Numbered from the whole stretch's first letter, positions 49,927 through 60,973 are shown. The stretch: DNA of 63,979 bases, filler included, from Sandaracinaceae bacterium (GCA_947483975.1; 8 parts of 8 records of this genome joined end to end with filler, not necessarily neighbours in it), one strand, 5' to 3'. Program-made: numbers and translations. Notes: a model not told the origin generated them from the sequence alone.

Positions 49927-51063
49927 GTGGATTCGGCCCTCCCCCGGCGCACCCAGCGGCCCTACCCGCCGCGCGACCCGCAGCCTTGCCCGGCGCCCAG
50001 CCCTCCACGGCGGCAGGGGCGTGGCTACGGGCGCGCGCTGCTCTCGGTGCTGGCGCTGACCGGCGGGATCTACCTGGCGCGCCACGCGCACCCGTCGTCG
50101 CTCCACGCGCCCAGCGTCGCGCACGCCGCGCGCCTCGCAGGGCCGCACGCGCACCGCGTTTCACCGCTCCTCGCCGCGACGGTGGCGCTCCCGCCGCACG
50201 TCCGTGTGGAGAGGCCGCCGGTGGCCGACTCGTATCTGCCGACGGACACCTTCGGCGAGCGGAGCGCCCGCGGGCTCAACATCACGGGCGCGACCTCGCA
50301 CCGGCTGATCCTCTTCACCTTCGACGACGGTCCGGACCGCTCGACGACGCCAGAGCTGCTCGATCGGCTCGACGCGGCTGGCGTGCACGCCGTCTTCTTC
50401 CTCGCCGGCGACCGCATCCGCGGCGACAACCAGCAGCAGCGCGATCAGGCCAAGATCGCGCGCGACGAAGTGCGGCGCGGACACCTCGTCGGGAACCACA
50501 CGGTCGACCACCGCGCGCTGCCGACGCTCGACTCGTCGGTGATCCTCGAGCAGCTCGACGCGAGCGAGCGGATCTTCCAGGACGTGTTCGGCGAGCGCCC
50601 GTGGCTGTTCCGCCCGCCGTACGGCGTGCACTCCGAGCGCACCGACTATCTGGTCGAGAGCCACGGCTACACGATCATCCTGTGGAACCTCGGCACCGGC
50701 GACCCGCAGGTGCGCACCGCCGAGGACGTGCACACGACGTGGAGCCGCGTCTTCGCGCGCCGTGAGCAGGAGAACGGCGAGCGCGGCGGCGTCGTGCTTT
50801 TGCACGACACGCACCAGTGGAGCGTCGAGGGCTTCACGCTGATCTACGACGATCTGATGGCGCGGAACTGCAAGCTCCTCGAGGAGGGCGCCGAGCTCTA
50901 CGACATCGTCGACGACCCCTCGCTGTTCTTCGCGGCTCGGAACGGCGCGCCCGCTGGCACGGAGGCGCCGCCCGCGGACGTGCCGGCGGCGGTGCTCGCG
51001 GCGCGCCAAGCCCGGGTGCGCGAGGCGACCGAGCGGCGCTGTCACGCGGTCGCCGCACGCTGA
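49927..51063 (+). CDS. NodB-type polysaccharide deacetylase
   Basis: TFDDGP, GNHTVDH, FRPPYG, LLHD; start approximate. Confidence 0.9.
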   Translation: MDSALPRRTQRPYPPRDPQPCPAPSPPRRQGRGYGRALLSVLALTGGIYLARHAHPSSLHAPSVAHAARLAGPHAHRVSPLLAATVALPPHVRVERPPVADSYLPTDTFGERSARGLNITGATSHRLILFTFDDGPDRSTTPELLDRLDAAGVHAVFFLAGDRIRGDNQQQRDQAKIARDEVRRGHLVGNHTVDHRALPTLDSSVILEQLDASERIFQDVFGERPWLFRPPYGVHSERTDYLVESHGYTIILWNLGTGDPQVRTAEDVHTTWSRVFARREQENGERGGVVLLHDTHQWSVEGFTLIYDDLMARNCKLLEEGAELYDIVDDPSLFFAARNGAPAGTEAPPADVPAAVLAARQARVREATERRCHAVAAR

Positions 51064-51136
51064 CTGACGCGCTCGACGACGCCGGGGGCGCTCGTCGTCG
51101 GTGACAACCGCGCCTTGTTCTGCGACAACCGCTGCA

Positions 51137-53977
51137 ATGCAGCCAGCACTCTCCACTTGCGCTTCCTGCGGCTTCGCCAACCCGAAGACCTGGCGTACCT
51201 GCGCGCGCTGCGGGACGCCGCTCGGGAGCAGCGCCGCGCGACGCCCGAGCTTCAGCGGCCAACGCGCCGCGCCGGACTCGACCCTCGTCGAGGCCCCCGC
51301 GACCTCGGGCGCCGCCCCCGTCTCCGACGCGACCGACCCGCAGCTCGACGAGTCCTCGCCGGATCACAGCGCCGAGCAAGAGGCGCCGTTCATCGGGCAG
51401 GTCGAGGCGTCCGAGGCGGTCCGCGCAGGGGTCGAGCGGGCGTTCACGCTGGGGATGCCGACGCTCGTCGCGCTCGCGGGCGGGCGCGGCTCGGGCAAGA
51501 CCCGGCTGCTGGTCTACGCGAGCGAGTTCGCCGCGCGCATCGCGCCCGATGTGCTCGTCCTCTACGCCGCCTGCCGTGAGGGCGGCGATGGCGCCTACGC
51601 GCCCTTCTCCAGGCTCCTGCTCGAGCGCTTCAACGTGACGCCGTCGTCGGGTCCTGCGGTCATCCGAGGGCAGATGGCGACCGTCGTCGGGCAGGTGATC
51701 GGCTCCATCGACGCCATCCGCGTCGCCGAGACGACGCACCTGCTCGGGCACGTCGCGGGCGTGCCGTTCCCCGACAGCCCGTTCCTCACGCCGCTCGAGG
51801 GACGCCCCGACGAGCTACGGCGCCGCGCGCGCCTGGCCGTGAAGCGCTTCCTCGAGGGCGAGGCGCAGCGCCGCCCGGTGCTCGTGCTGCTCGACAACAT
51901 GCACGAGGCCGACACGGAGGCGTGGGACGTCCTCGACGCCATCCTGCAGGCCGAGGCGCACCTCTCGGTCGTCGTCGCGGGCGACGAGTCCATCCTCGAG
52001 CGAGCGCGCGCGATCAACGCTCCGGGCGGCACCACCGTCGGGCCGATCGAGACGTTCAACGAGGGCGACGTCGCGACGATGCTGCTGACGCTGCTGCCGA
52101 CGCTGACCTCCGCGCCGGAGCCGCTCGTCGCCGCGGTCACGCATCGCTCGCGTGGCAACCCGAGCGCCCTCCGCGAGCTGGTCATGGCGCTCGCGGACGC
52201 GGGGCTCTTTCGAGAGACGGCCGACGGGCTCGTCGTCGACCTCGCGCGCCTCGACGAGCCTGGCCTGCCGGTCAGCGCCGAGGACGCCATCCGCGCGCGC
52301 CTCTCGCGCCTCGGCGCGTTCGATCGGGCGACGCTCGATCGCGCCGCGATCGTCGGCGAGGTGTTCTGGTCGGGCGCCGTCCTCGCGCAGCTGCGCACCG
52401 AGCGTGAGGCGCCGGGCACGCTCGACGACGTCGCGTCCCTCTGGCCGGGCGACGACGACGAGCGCGCCCTCGACGCGAGCATCGCGCGCCTCGAGGAGCA
52501 GGGCTTCATCGAGCTGACACACACGAGCGACCTGCCCGGCACGAAGGAGTACGTCTTCGTGCACGCGGGCACGCGCGCCTTGGTCTACGCCGAGCTCCCC
52601 GAGCCCGTGCGGATCAGCCGACACGCCGCGGTCGCGCGCTTCCTCACGTTGCGGGCCGAGTTCGCGCGGCAGGGCATCGCGGCGATGATCGCGCCGCACC
52701 TCGAGCGCGCCGGCATGAACCCGCGCGCGGGCCGCGCCTACCTCGAGGCGGCCGTCTTCGAGCGGCAGAAGCTCAACACCTCCGCCGCCCTGCGCTACGT
52801 CGAGAAGGCGCTGCCGCTGATCGACCCCGAGGACGTCGCCCGCCGCGTCGACGCCCTGCACGAGCACGGCTCGCTGCTGACGACGCTCGGTCGCTACGAC
52901 GACGCGAAGCGCTCGTTCTCGGAGATGCTGCGCCTCGCCTGGCAGATCGGCGCGCCCAACAAGGGCGGCGCCGCGCTCAATCGGCTCGCCCGCATCGAGC
53001 GGCAGCGGGGCGCGGACGCGGCGGCGCACGTGCTGCTCGAGAAGGCGCTCACGCTCTTCCGCAACGCGGGTGACCTCCGCGGTGTCGGCAGCACGCTCGA
53101 CGACCTCGCGCAGGTGCTGCGGCTGATGGGCGAGCTCGGACCGGCGCACGACGCGGCGCACGAAGCGCTCGAGATCCGCCGCGCGCACGGCGACGTCCGC
53201 GGCGAGGCGCTCTCGCTCACGACGTACGGCGCCATCGAGCTCGCCATGGGGCACCTCGACGTCGCGGAGGACTGCTTCCGCCAGGCGCTCGAGATCCGGC
53301 GCAGCATCGTGGATCACGAGGGGCTCGTGCAGTCGCTCAACGCGCTCGGGATCATCTCCTTCGAGCGCGGCAACCCGGAGGCGGCGCTCGCCTCTTGGCG
53401 CGAGGCGCTGACGCAGACGCGAGAGATCGGCGACGTGCGCACGGAGGTCTTCCTGCTCAACAACCTCGGCGAGGCGCTGATCTCCGAGAAGCGCCTCGAC
53501 GAGGCGGTCGAGCCGCTCGGCCTCGCGCGCGAGCTCTCCATCGCGCTCGGCGATCTGCGGGCGCGCGCCGCGATCGAGCGCAACCTCGGCTTGCTGCTCC
53601 TGCGCCGCAACGACGACGGCGCCGAGGCGCAGGTCACCCTCGCGCTGGCGATCGCCGAGGAGTACGGCAGCCGCGAGGCCATCGGGCTCGCCCTCCGCGC
53701 GCTCGGCGAGTGGCGCGCGCGCACCGTCTTCGACGCGTCCGGGCAGGTCGACAAGCGCACCGAAGAGGCGCTGCTCGCCTCCATCGACGTGTTCCGCGAG
53801 ATCGGCAGCGAGAAGGAGGCCGCCCGCTCGATGGCGGAGCTCGGCTTCCACCTGATCGAGCGGGGCGACCTCGAGGGCGCGCGCGACAGGCTCGGCGAGG
53901 CGCGCGTGATCCTGCGCCGCATCGGCCTCACCGCCGACGCGGAGCGCGTCGAGCGCACCATCGCGGACCTCGGCTGA
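51137..53977 (+). CDS. Zn-ribbon + STAND-like AAA ATPase + TPR protein
   Basis: CASC...CARCG, GGRGSGKT, LLDNMHEAD, GNP, TPR array. Confidence 0.88.
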   Translation: MQPALSTCASCGFANPKTWRTCARCGTPLGSSAARRPSFSGQRAAPDSTLVEAPATSGAAPVSDATDPQLDESSPDHSAEQEAPFIGQVEASEAVRAGVERAFTLGMPTLVALAGGRGSGKTRLLVYASEFAARIAPDVLVLYAACREGGDGAYAPFSRLLLERFNVTPSSGPAVIRGQMATVVGQVIGSIDAIRVAETTHLLGHVAGVPFPDSPFLTPLEGRPDELRRRARLAVKRFLEGEAQRRPVLVLLDNMHEADTEAWDVLDAILQAEAHLSVVVAGDESILERARAINAPGGTTVGPIETFNEGDVATMLLTLLPTLTSAPEPLVAAVTHRSRGNPSALRELVMALADAGLFRETADGLVVDLARLDEPGLPVSAEDAIRARLSRLGAFDRATLDRAAIVGEVFWSGAVLAQLRTEREAPGTLDDVASLWPGDDDERALDASIARLEEQGFIELTHTSDLPGTKEYVFVHAGTRALVYAELPEPVRISRHAAVARFLTLRAEFARQGIAAMIAPHLERAGMNPRAGRAYLEAAVFERQKLNTSAALRYVEKALPLIDPEDVARRVDALHEHGSLLTTLGRYDDAKRSFSEMLRLAWQIGAPNKGGAALNRLARIERQRGADAAAHVLLEKALTLFRNAGDLRGVGSTLDDLAQVLRLMGELGPAHDAAHEALEIRRAHGDVRGEALSLTTYGAIELAMGHLDVAEDCFRQALEIRRSIVDHEGLVQSLNALGIISFERGNPEAALASWREALTQTREIGDVRTEVFLLNNLGEALISEKRLDEAVEPLGLARELSIALGDLRARAAIERNLGLLLLRRNDDGAEAQVTLALAIAEEYGSREAIGLALRALGEWRARTVFDASGQVDKRTEEALLASIDVFREIGSEKEAARSMAELGFHLIERGDLEGARDRLGEARVILRRIGLTADAERVERTIADLG

Positions 53978-53979
53978 CC

Positions 53980-54687
53980 GTGCGCGCACGACTCGCGCCG
54001 TGGCTCGTCGCCGCGAGCCTCGCGCTCGCGGTCGCGGCGGCTCCGGCGACGGTGCACGCGCAACACAACACGTTCGCGGCGGCCACCGGCTGGATCTGGG
54101 GCGTCTCGGCGTTCGAGCTGACCCTCACCACAGGCATCCTGATCGCGACGACCGGCGACGTCTGCGAGTCGTGGGGCTGCGGCGTGCTGGCGCTGCTCGT
54201 CGGCGCCGTCGCGATCGGCACCGGGATCACGGCGGGCGTCGTCGCGGGTCTCACGGACACGCCCCCGGACATCCCCTTCGCCGTGCACCTCGCCTTGTGG
54301 GGCGCCCTCAGCGGCGGGTTGGGCGGCTTCGGGTTCTCGAAGCTGTTCTCGAGCACCGAGAAGACCGCGACCATCGCGGCGCTCTCGACGGCGAGCGTCA
54401 TCGGCCTCGGGCTCGGCACGTACTCGCTCCTGCGCGGCGACGAGCTGCTGCGCGAGCGACGCACGGTCGGCGCGGCGCACTTCCTCGCGTGGGGCGTCAC
54501 CGGCAGCGCGATCGCGGCGCTCCTCGCCTGGTCGTCGCTCGACATGCCGAGCGAGGGCGCGGCGGTGCTCTACGCGCTGACGACGCTGATCGCCTATGGC
54601 AGCGGGATCGCCTGGGCGGAGACGCAGATCGCCAAAGGCGACGTCGGCGCCGCGACGCCGATGCTCAGCTGGAGCGGCACCTTCTGA
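53980..54687 (+). CDS. Membrane protein
   Basis: Signal peptide plus several hydrophobic Gly-rich helices. Confidence 0.7.
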   Translation: MRARLAPWLVAASLALAVAAAPATVHAQHNTFAAATGWIWGVSAFELTLTTGILIATTGDVCESWGCGVLALLVGAVAIGTGITAGVVAGLTDTPPDIPFAVHLALWGALSGGLGGFGFSKLFSSTEKTATIAALSTASVIGLGLGTYSLLRGDELLRERRTVGAAHFLAWGVTGSAIAALLAWSSLDMPSEGAAVLYALTTLIAYGSGIAWAETQIAKGDVGAATPMLSWSGTF

Positions 54688-54711
54688 GGCGCCGCGCCCG
54701 CGCGCGACGAG

Positions 54712-55359
54712 CTAGGCGCGCGTCGCGAGGACCCGGAACACCGGCAGGTTGTCGGCGGCCGCGCGCGCCTCGCGGTTGCTGCGGGCACCGTAGGTGTTCT
54801 CGCTGACGAGCCCGCTCGTCGCGTCGCCGCTCAGCCGGTACGCGCCGTGCGCGCGGAGCAGCGCGACGAGCTCGCTCGCGCGGTCCTCGACGTCGGTCTG
54901 CACGAAGAGCTCGCCCGTGCCCGGCGTGAGCAGCCGCGCGACCTCGTCGAGCAGCGTGTCCTCGAGCACGCGCCGCTTGGCGTGGCGCTTCTTCCACCAC
55001 GGATCGGGGAAGTGGACGAACACGCGCGCGAGCGACGCATCCGGGCGAAAGCGCGGGAGCACCTCGCGGATATCCGCGCCGAACGCCCGCGCGTTCGTCA
55101 GGCCGAGCGTGATGCGGCGCTGCTCGACGATGTGCGCCCACTTGCTCTTGATCTCGACGCCGATGACGCGCGAGGCGGGCGCAGCGACGGCGCGCCCGAT
55201 CAGGAACGCCCCACGCCCAAAGCCGATCTCGAGCTCGATGGGGCCGTCGCCCGGCACGAGCGCCGCGACGTCGATCTCGCCCTCCGGGAACGTCGGCGCC
55301 ATGTCCTGATAGCGAATCGGAGGGGGCGTCGTGCGCGTCGGGGGGGTCTCGGGGGGCAT
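54712..55359 (-). CDS. trmB: tRNA (guanine-N7)-methyltransferase
   Basis: LEIGFGRG, GVEI, FPDPWWKKRHAKRR, QTD. Confidence 0.93.
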   Translation of the reverse strand: MPPETPPTRTTPPPIRYQDMAPTFPEGEIDVAALVPGDGPIELEIGFGRGAFLIGRAVAAPASRVIGVEIKSKWAHIVEQRRITLGLTNARAFGADIREVLPRFRPDASLARVFVHFPDPWWKKRHAKRRVLEDTLLDEVARLLTPGTGELFVQTDVEDRASELVALLRAHGAYRLSGDATSGLVSENTYGARSNREARAAADNLPVFRVLATRA

Positions 55360-55491
55360 CTCGGGGAGGCGAATAGCACGCGGCCGACCGACCGGGCCAC
55401 GCAACGACGCCGTGTTGAAATTCTTGACCCCTGCCGACTCCTCACGTATCCAAGGCGACGGGGCGCGCTCGCCCCGCCAAGGAGGCCTCGA

Positions 55492-56105
55492 GTGCCGGTC
55501 ACGATCCTGGTCGCCGATGACAGCGCGACCATGCGCAGCATTCTGGAGATGACCTTCGCCGGGGAGGACGCGCGCGTCGTCGCCGTCGATGGCGGGGCCG
55601 CTGCGCTCGAGAAGGCGCTCGATCTACGTCCAGACATCGTGATCGCCGATCTCTCGATGGAGATGGACGGCTACGAGGTGGCGCGCGCGATCAAGTCCGG
55701 GCTCCCGGGGACGGCCGTGGTGGTGCTCGCGAGTCAGCACACGCCGTACGATGAAGCCAAGGGACGCGACGCGGGCGTCGACGATCACATCGTCAAGCCA
55801 TTCGACACGCAGAACGTCATCGACAAGATCCACCGGCTCGCCGCCGCACCCCGCGCCGCTGCCGCCGCGGCTCCTGCTGCAGCGCCCGCCCATCCGTACA
55901 GAGACTCGCAGCTCTCCGCTGCGCGCGGCGGGACGACCCCGTTCGCTGCTGCCCCGTTCGCCGCTGCACCGGTCCCGCCTTCGCGCCCCGCTGCCCCGGT
56001 GATGCCGGCAGGCACAGTCACCGCGCCGAAGCCGGGCATCCCGCGCACGACCGTCGCCTTCGGCTCCGCGCCGGCGGCCCCCCGGCCCGTGGTCGCCGTG
56101 TCGGC
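55492..56105 (+). CDS. romR: RomR-like response regulator (REC + Pro/Ala-rich linker), 3' truncated
   Basis: LVADDS.T.R....TFA.ED..V.AVD, RPDIVIAD, DDHIVKPF, then a Pro-rich region, as recalled for myxobacterial RomR. Confidence 0.7.
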
Positions 56106-56205
56106 NNNNNNNNNNNNNNNNNNNNNNNNNNNNNNNNNNNNNNNNNNNNTTAATTAATTAANNNNNNNNNNNNNNNNNNNNNNNNNNNNNNNNNNNNNNN
56201 NNNNN

Positions 56206-56621
56206 GCCGCGACGCACTGGCCGTCGAGCGCGCACTCCGTGCCCGGTCGGCAGGTGCTCGCGCCGCACGCCTCGTCGGCCCCCGTCAGGATGCCCGCCGT
56301 GCTCGCCGGCACGCAATGCCCCGTCGCGAAGTCGCACGCGTCGCCATCCGCGCAGGGCACCGCGTCGGGCGCGCCGCACTCGACGGTGCACGTCACCCCG
56401 ACGCAGCGCTCGCCCGCGACGCACGCGCACATCGGGCCCGCATCGGTGCCGGCGTCCGGCACGCGCTCGCAGTGATTGTCGCGGCAGACCTCGTCGAGCG
56501 CGCAGTCCGTGCGCGTCGTGCACGCGCCCGGCGTTGGCGCAGGGGTCGAGGTGGCGCACGAGGCGAGCAAGGCGACGAGGAGCGGGAGCGCGCGACGAGC
56601 GAAGCGAGAGGTGGAGGTCAC
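56206..56621 (-). CDS. Cys-rich lipoprotein, N-terminal part
   Basis: LLVALLASC lipobox; CxxxxDC repeats; runs off the contig. Confidence 0.75.
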
Positions 56622-56659
56622 GCGCCGATGGTACGCGACCCACGCCTCGGTGTCGGCGC

Positions 56660-57301
56660 TCAGTCGGGGGTCATCGCGTCGTCGAGCTTGGCGATCGCGA
56701 GGAGGAACCGCCCGACGATCACGTCGAGCGCGCGCACGTTCTCGCCGCCCTCGGGGATCACGAGGTGCGCGTGATCCTTGCTCGGCGCGACGTAGCGCCG
56801 GTGCATCGGGCGCACCGTGCGCTGATACTGCGCAGAGACCGAGGCGAAGTCGCGCCCGCGCTCGACGAGGTCGCGCTCGAGGCGGCGCAAGAGCCGCAGA
56901 TCGTCGTCGGTGTCGACGAAGAGGCGCAGGTCGAGCATCTCGCGGATCGCCGGCACGGCGAAGATCAGGATGCCCTCGACGACGATGACCGCGCACGGCG
57001 CGATGCGGCGCGTCTCGGCCTTGCGCGTGTGCGTGGCGAAGTCGTACTGCGGGCACTCGACCGTCTCGCCCGCCTTCAGCTCGCCGAGGTGCTGCGCGAG
57101 GAGGCTGTTCTCGAGCGCCTCGGGCTCGTCGAAATTGAGCTTGGCGCGCTCCGCGAGCGAGAGCCGCGCGCGGTCCCGGTAGTACCAGTCGTGCTGCACG
57201 AGCACGGCGTGCTCGGCGGGCAAGCCCTCGACGATGCGACGCGCGACGGTGGTCTTACCGCTGCCAGTTCCGCCTGCGATTCCGATGAGCACGGGAGTCA
57301 T
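56660..57301 (-). CDS. udk: Uridine kinase
   Basis: [37 protein letters not shown]. Confidence 0.95.
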   Translation of the reverse strand: MTPVLIGIAGGTGSGKTTVARRIVEGLPAEHAVLVQHDWYYRDRARLSLAERAKLNFDEPEALENSLLAQHLGELKAGETVECPQYDFATHTRKAETRRIAPCAVIVVEGILIFAVPAIREMLDLRLFVDTDDDLRLLRRLERDLVERGRDFASVSAQYQRTVRPMHRRYVAPSKDHAHLVIPEGGENVRALDVIVGRFLLAIAKLDDAMTPD

Positions 57302-57341
57302 GGTTCGGCGTATACCTACCCGCTCCGAGGAGATCCAGGCG

Positions 57342-57974
57342 ATGCCCGCGAACGTTCACGTCATCAGTCATCCGCTCGTCCAACACAAGCTCACGCTGAT
57401 GCGCAAGAAGGACACGAGCACGAGCTCGTTCCGCAGCCTGCTCGCTGAGATCAGCATGCTCCTCGGCTACGAGGTGACGCGCGATCTGCCGCTCGTGACC
57501 GAGCGGATCGAGACGCCGATCGCCGAGATGGACTCGCCCGTGCTCGACGGGAAGAAGATCGTCATCGTCAGCGTGCTGCGCGCGGGCAACGGCATCCTCG
57601 ACGGAATGCTGCGCATCCTGCCGAGCGCGCGCGTCGGGCACATCGGGCTCTATCGCGATCACGAGACGCTGCAGCCCGTCGAGTACTACTACCGGATGCC
57701 GGGCGACCTCGCGGACCGCGACGTCATCGTCGTCGATCCGATGCTCGCGACGGGCAACTCCGCCGTCGCCGCCGTCTCGCGCGTGCTGCAAGACAAGCCG
57801 AAGAGCGTGAAGTTCGTCTGTCTGCTCGCGGCGCCCGAGGGGCTCGCGGTGTTCCACGCGGCGCACCCCGAGGTGCCGGTGTTCACCGCGGCGATCGATC
57901 AGAAGCTCAACGAAATTGGCTATATCGTGCCGGGTCTCGGCGACGCGGGCGACCGGCTCTTCGGCACGAAGTGA
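57342..57974 (+). CDS. upp: Uracil phosphoribosyltransferase
   Basis: [39 protein letters not shown]. Confidence 0.97.
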   Translation: MPANVHVISHPLVQHKLTLMRKKDTSTSSFRSLLAEISMLLGYEVTRDLPLVTERIETPIAEMDSPVLDGKKIVIVSVLRAGNGILDGMLRILPSARVGHIGLYRDHETLQPVEYYYRMPGDLADRDVIVVDPMLATGNSAVAAVSRVLQDKPKSVKFVCLLAAPEGLAVFHAAHPEVPVFTAAIDQKLNEIGYIVPGLGDAGDRLFGTK

Positions 57975-57998
57975 GCCGCGCGGCCCGGGAGCGGTCGC

Positions 57999-58952
57999 TC
58001 AGCGCGGGTTGACGGGCACGGTACCGGCGGGCGGCGGGTTCACCTCGACCGTGCCGCCGCTGTCGTCGTCGTCGCCCGACTCCGCGCCGATGCCGCCGTC
58101 CGAGGGCGTCGTCTCGTCGGCGTGATAGCCGTCGTCGCTCGAGGAGCGCGCGTCGTCGTCGCTGCGCTGCGAGCCGCCGCCGCCGTGTCCGCTCCGGTGG
58201 GAGGTGCTCGGGAAGAGGATGAACACGCCCGCGCTCGCGGGCAGGCGCACCGAGAGCGCCACGCCGACCTCGGCGTAGGACGCGCCGTCGAGCGCCCGGT
58301 ACGCGGCGACGGCCGACATCGCCACCGACCACTCGCCGAGCGCGACCGCGAGGAGCGCGTCGCCATCCTCCTCTTCCTCGTCCCAGTGGTGCTCGCCGCG
58401 CGCCGCCGGGTGTGGAGGGGCGTCGAGCAAGGCGCCGCCCGCAAAACCAAAGAGCTCCAGCGAGAGCGCGAGCGACCCGCCCCCGCCGACGTGCACGCCG
58501 TAGCCCGCGTCGCCGAAGAGCACATCAGCCGTCAGCGTCGCGCCGACTCGCGCGCCGACCTGCTCGTCGAGCCTCGTGCTGAACGGGAACGCCGTGAGCT
58601 CGCCGTAGACGGCGTGTTTGTCGAGCTGTCCGAGGAGCTGATCGGCGGTGAACGTCTCGAACGCGTAGCCGACGCCGAAGTCGAAGCGCCGGTCCCGCAG
58701 CCCGGAGACGAGCTGCAGCGGGTTCACGCCGACGCGCGTCACGCTGACGGGCTCGACCGCCGCGACGGGCAAGCGCCGCGCCGTGCGCTCCGGCCGCAGC
58801 GCGCCCGACGCGAGACCGAACGACTGCGTCACATGGAGCGGCGGGCTGGCGAAGGGAATCGCGCAGCCCGACGCCGCGAGGAGGGCGAGCCAGAGCACCG
58901 TCGAGAGGAGCGCCGGGCTGCAGCGCGCCGACCGTGTCACGCGTGAGCTCAC
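57999..58952 (-). CDS. Lipoprotein with beta-strand-rich body and acidic tail
   Basis: LLAASGC lipobox; start approximate. Confidence 0.65.
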   Translation of the reverse strand: MSSRVTRSARCSPALLSTVLWLALLAASGCAIPFASPPLHVTQSFGLASGALRPERTARRLPVAAVEPVSVTRVGVNPLQLVSGLRDRRFDFGVGYAFETFTADQLLGQLDKHAVYGELTAFPFSTRLDEQVGARVGATLTADVLFGDAGYGVHVGGGGSLALSLELFGFAGGALLDAPPHPAARGEHHWDEEEEDGDALLAVALGEWSVAMSAVAAYRALDGASYAEVGVALSVRLPASAGVFILFPSTSHRSGHGGGGSQRSDDDARSSSDDGYHADETTPSDGGIGAESGDDDDSGGTVEVNPPPAGTVPVNPR

Positions 58953-59015
58953 CCAGCGCAGGATAGCCGCGCGGCGGTCTTGACGCCGCACGCACGGTCT
59001 GCGAAGACCGCCGCC

Positions 59016-59669
59016 ATGAGACCCGAGCAGCTCCTCGAAGCGATCTTCCGTGCCGAACGTGACCTCCGAGATGCCGAGGCGCGCCTCCTCGACGCCCGCG
59101 ACAAGAACGCGCTCGCGAACCTGCTCGCCCGCGCGACGACGGACGCGCTCGCGCTCAACGACCGCGAAGAGGGCACGCTGCGGCTGAGCCGCCTCGCGGA
59201 TCTCTGCGCGCAGGTGCCCGGCCCGCAGATGGTCGACACGCTGATCGCGATCCTCGACGACGAAGACGAGACGCTGCGCGTCAGCGCGGGCGAGGCGCTC
59301 CTCGACGTCGGCTACGACCGCTACGCCGAGGTCGCGCGCGGCATCGAGCGCGTGCTCGAGCGCAAGCACACCGGCGTCTCGATGACCGAACTGCCGTGGA
59401 TCCTCGCCGAGATCGGCGAGCCGAGCGCCATCGTGCTGATCAAGAAATTCCTCGCGAGCGAGGACGGCGAGGTCTGCGCGAGCGCGCTCGAGGCGCTCGT
59501 CTCGCTCGGCGATCCCGCGGGCGCCGAGGCGCTCGAGGGCTTGGTCGACGACCGGCGCGAGGTCACCGTCGACGACAGCGAGGACGACGACGCCGAGGGC
59601 ATCCGCACCACGATCGGGCAGCTCGCCCGTGAGGCCATCGCGGAGCTTCGCGGTCGCGACGAGGACTGA
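59016..59669 (+). CDS. HEAT-repeat protein
   Basis: ILAEIGEPSA, ALEALVSLGDP repeats. Confidence 0.8.
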   Translation: MRPEQLLEAIFRAERDLRDAEARLLDARDKNALANLLARATTDALALNDREEGTLRLSRLADLCAQVPGPQMVDTLIAILDDEDETLRVSAGEALLDVGYDRYAEVARGIERVLERKHTGVSMTELPWILAEIGEPSAIVLIKKFLASEDGEVCASALEALVSLGDPAGAEALEGLVDDRREVTVDDSEDDDAEGIRTTIGQLAREAIAELRGRDED

Positions 59670-59674
59670 GCCCG

Positions 59675-60514
59675 GTGGCCGGCGCAGGACGCACTCCGCC
59701 GGGGACGACCGCCAACGAGGCGCTGCAATACGAAGCGGTCGTCGTACCCCGGTACAGCGGCCGCTTCGCGCAGCTGATCGTGGACGACATCCCGGCGGGG
59801 ACGCGCGCGACGGTGCTCGATGTTGGGTGCGGGACCGGGACGCCGACGTTCGAGGTGCTGCGACGCCTGTCGGAGGGCGGGCGCGTCATCGCCGTCGATC
59901 CGGATCAGGCGCTGATCGATCTCGCGCGACGCCGCGCGTCCGTGGACCCTGACGGGCGGCGCCTCTTCTTCAAGTGCGAGGCCGCGGACGAGCTGCACTT
60001 CGGCGATGAGGTCTTCGACTACGTCGTCGGCAACCTCGTGCTCGGCGAGCTCGACGGGAGCGCAGCCCTGCCGGAGATGCGGCGCGTGCTCGTGCCCGGC
60101 GGGCGCCTGCTGCTGACGCAGGCGATGAGCGGCACCTTCGAGGAGGCGCTCGATATCCTGCGTGAGATCGCCGTGAAGAACGAGCGCGGCAGCCTCGGGC
60201 AGCGCGTCGAGACCGTCGCGCAGAAGTACCCGACCCGCTTGGAGCTGACGCGCCTCGCGGAGGCGACGGGCTTCGCCGACGTGCGCGTGCGCGAGGACTC
60301 GTTCCGCCTCTCGTTCCGCAACGCGCGCGAGCTGTTCCAGGACCCGCTGCTGCGGATCATCGGCATCCCCGAGTGGCGCTGGATCGCCGGCTTCGAGGCG
60401 GGCGGCGAGAAGATCCTCGAGCAGATGGAGCACACGCTCGAGACGTACTTCGGCGGCGGTCCGCTCTCGCTCACGGTCAACGCGGGGCTGCTGACGGCGC
60501 GCCGCGCGCCCTGA
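59675..60514 (+). CDS. Class I SAM-dependent methyltransferase
   Basis: VLDVGCGTG, FDYVV, RRVLVPGG. Confidence 0.92.
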   Translation: MAGAGRTPPGTTANEALQYEAVVVPRYSGRFAQLIVDDIPAGTRATVLDVGCGTGTPTFEVLRRLSEGGRVIAVDPDQALIDLARRRASVDPDGRRLFFKCEAADELHFGDEVFDYVVGNLVLGELDGSAALPEMRRVLVPGGRLLLTQAMSGTFEEALDILREIAVKNERGSLGQRVETVAQKYPTRLELTRLAEATGFADVRVREDSFRLSFRNARELFQDPLLRIIGIPEWRWIAGFEAGGEKILEQMEHTLETYFGGGPLSLTVNAGLLTARRAP

Positions 60515-60550
60515 AACGCGCACGCCTCTAGAGCGCACGGGAGAGAGTCG

Positions 60551-60928
60551 ATGGGCAACACGATGGCGGACGCGACGCAGTGGGCGATGATCGGGACCGG
60601 CGTGAGCGTCGCGCTCCGATTGCTGGTGTCCCTCGCCTGGCTCGGGCTGATCGTCGGCGTCGTGTGGAAGTCCCGCCCCGACGCCGCGCGCGTGATGCTG
60701 ATCGGCGTGCTGCTCGGGCTCGTGCAGACGTGCGGCGGCTCGCTGGTCTCGCCGCTGCTCAACCTCTACATCGCCCCGGCGGGCGGCGGGGCCGCACTCC
60801 TCCGGGCCAACACGCTCGTTCAAATCGCGATGTCCGTCACCGGGCTCGCGCCGCAAGCGCTGCTGATCGCCGGCATCGCCCTCCTCGCCCGCCCGGCGCG
60901 CCGCGACGTGCGCGACCCGGACGTCTGA
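60551..60928 (+). CDS. Small membrane protein (3 TM)
   Basis: Three hydrophobic segments. Confidence 0.7.
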   Translation: MGNTMADATQWAMIGTGVSVALRLLVSLAWLGLIVGVVWKSRPDAARVMLIGVLLGLVQTCGGSLVSPLLNLYIAPAGGGAALLRANTLVQIAMSVTGLAPQALLIAGIALLARPARRDVRDPDV

Positions 60929-60973
60929 GGCGCCACACGTCGTCGACGCGCGAGGACCTCGGTGAGCCGAGCC

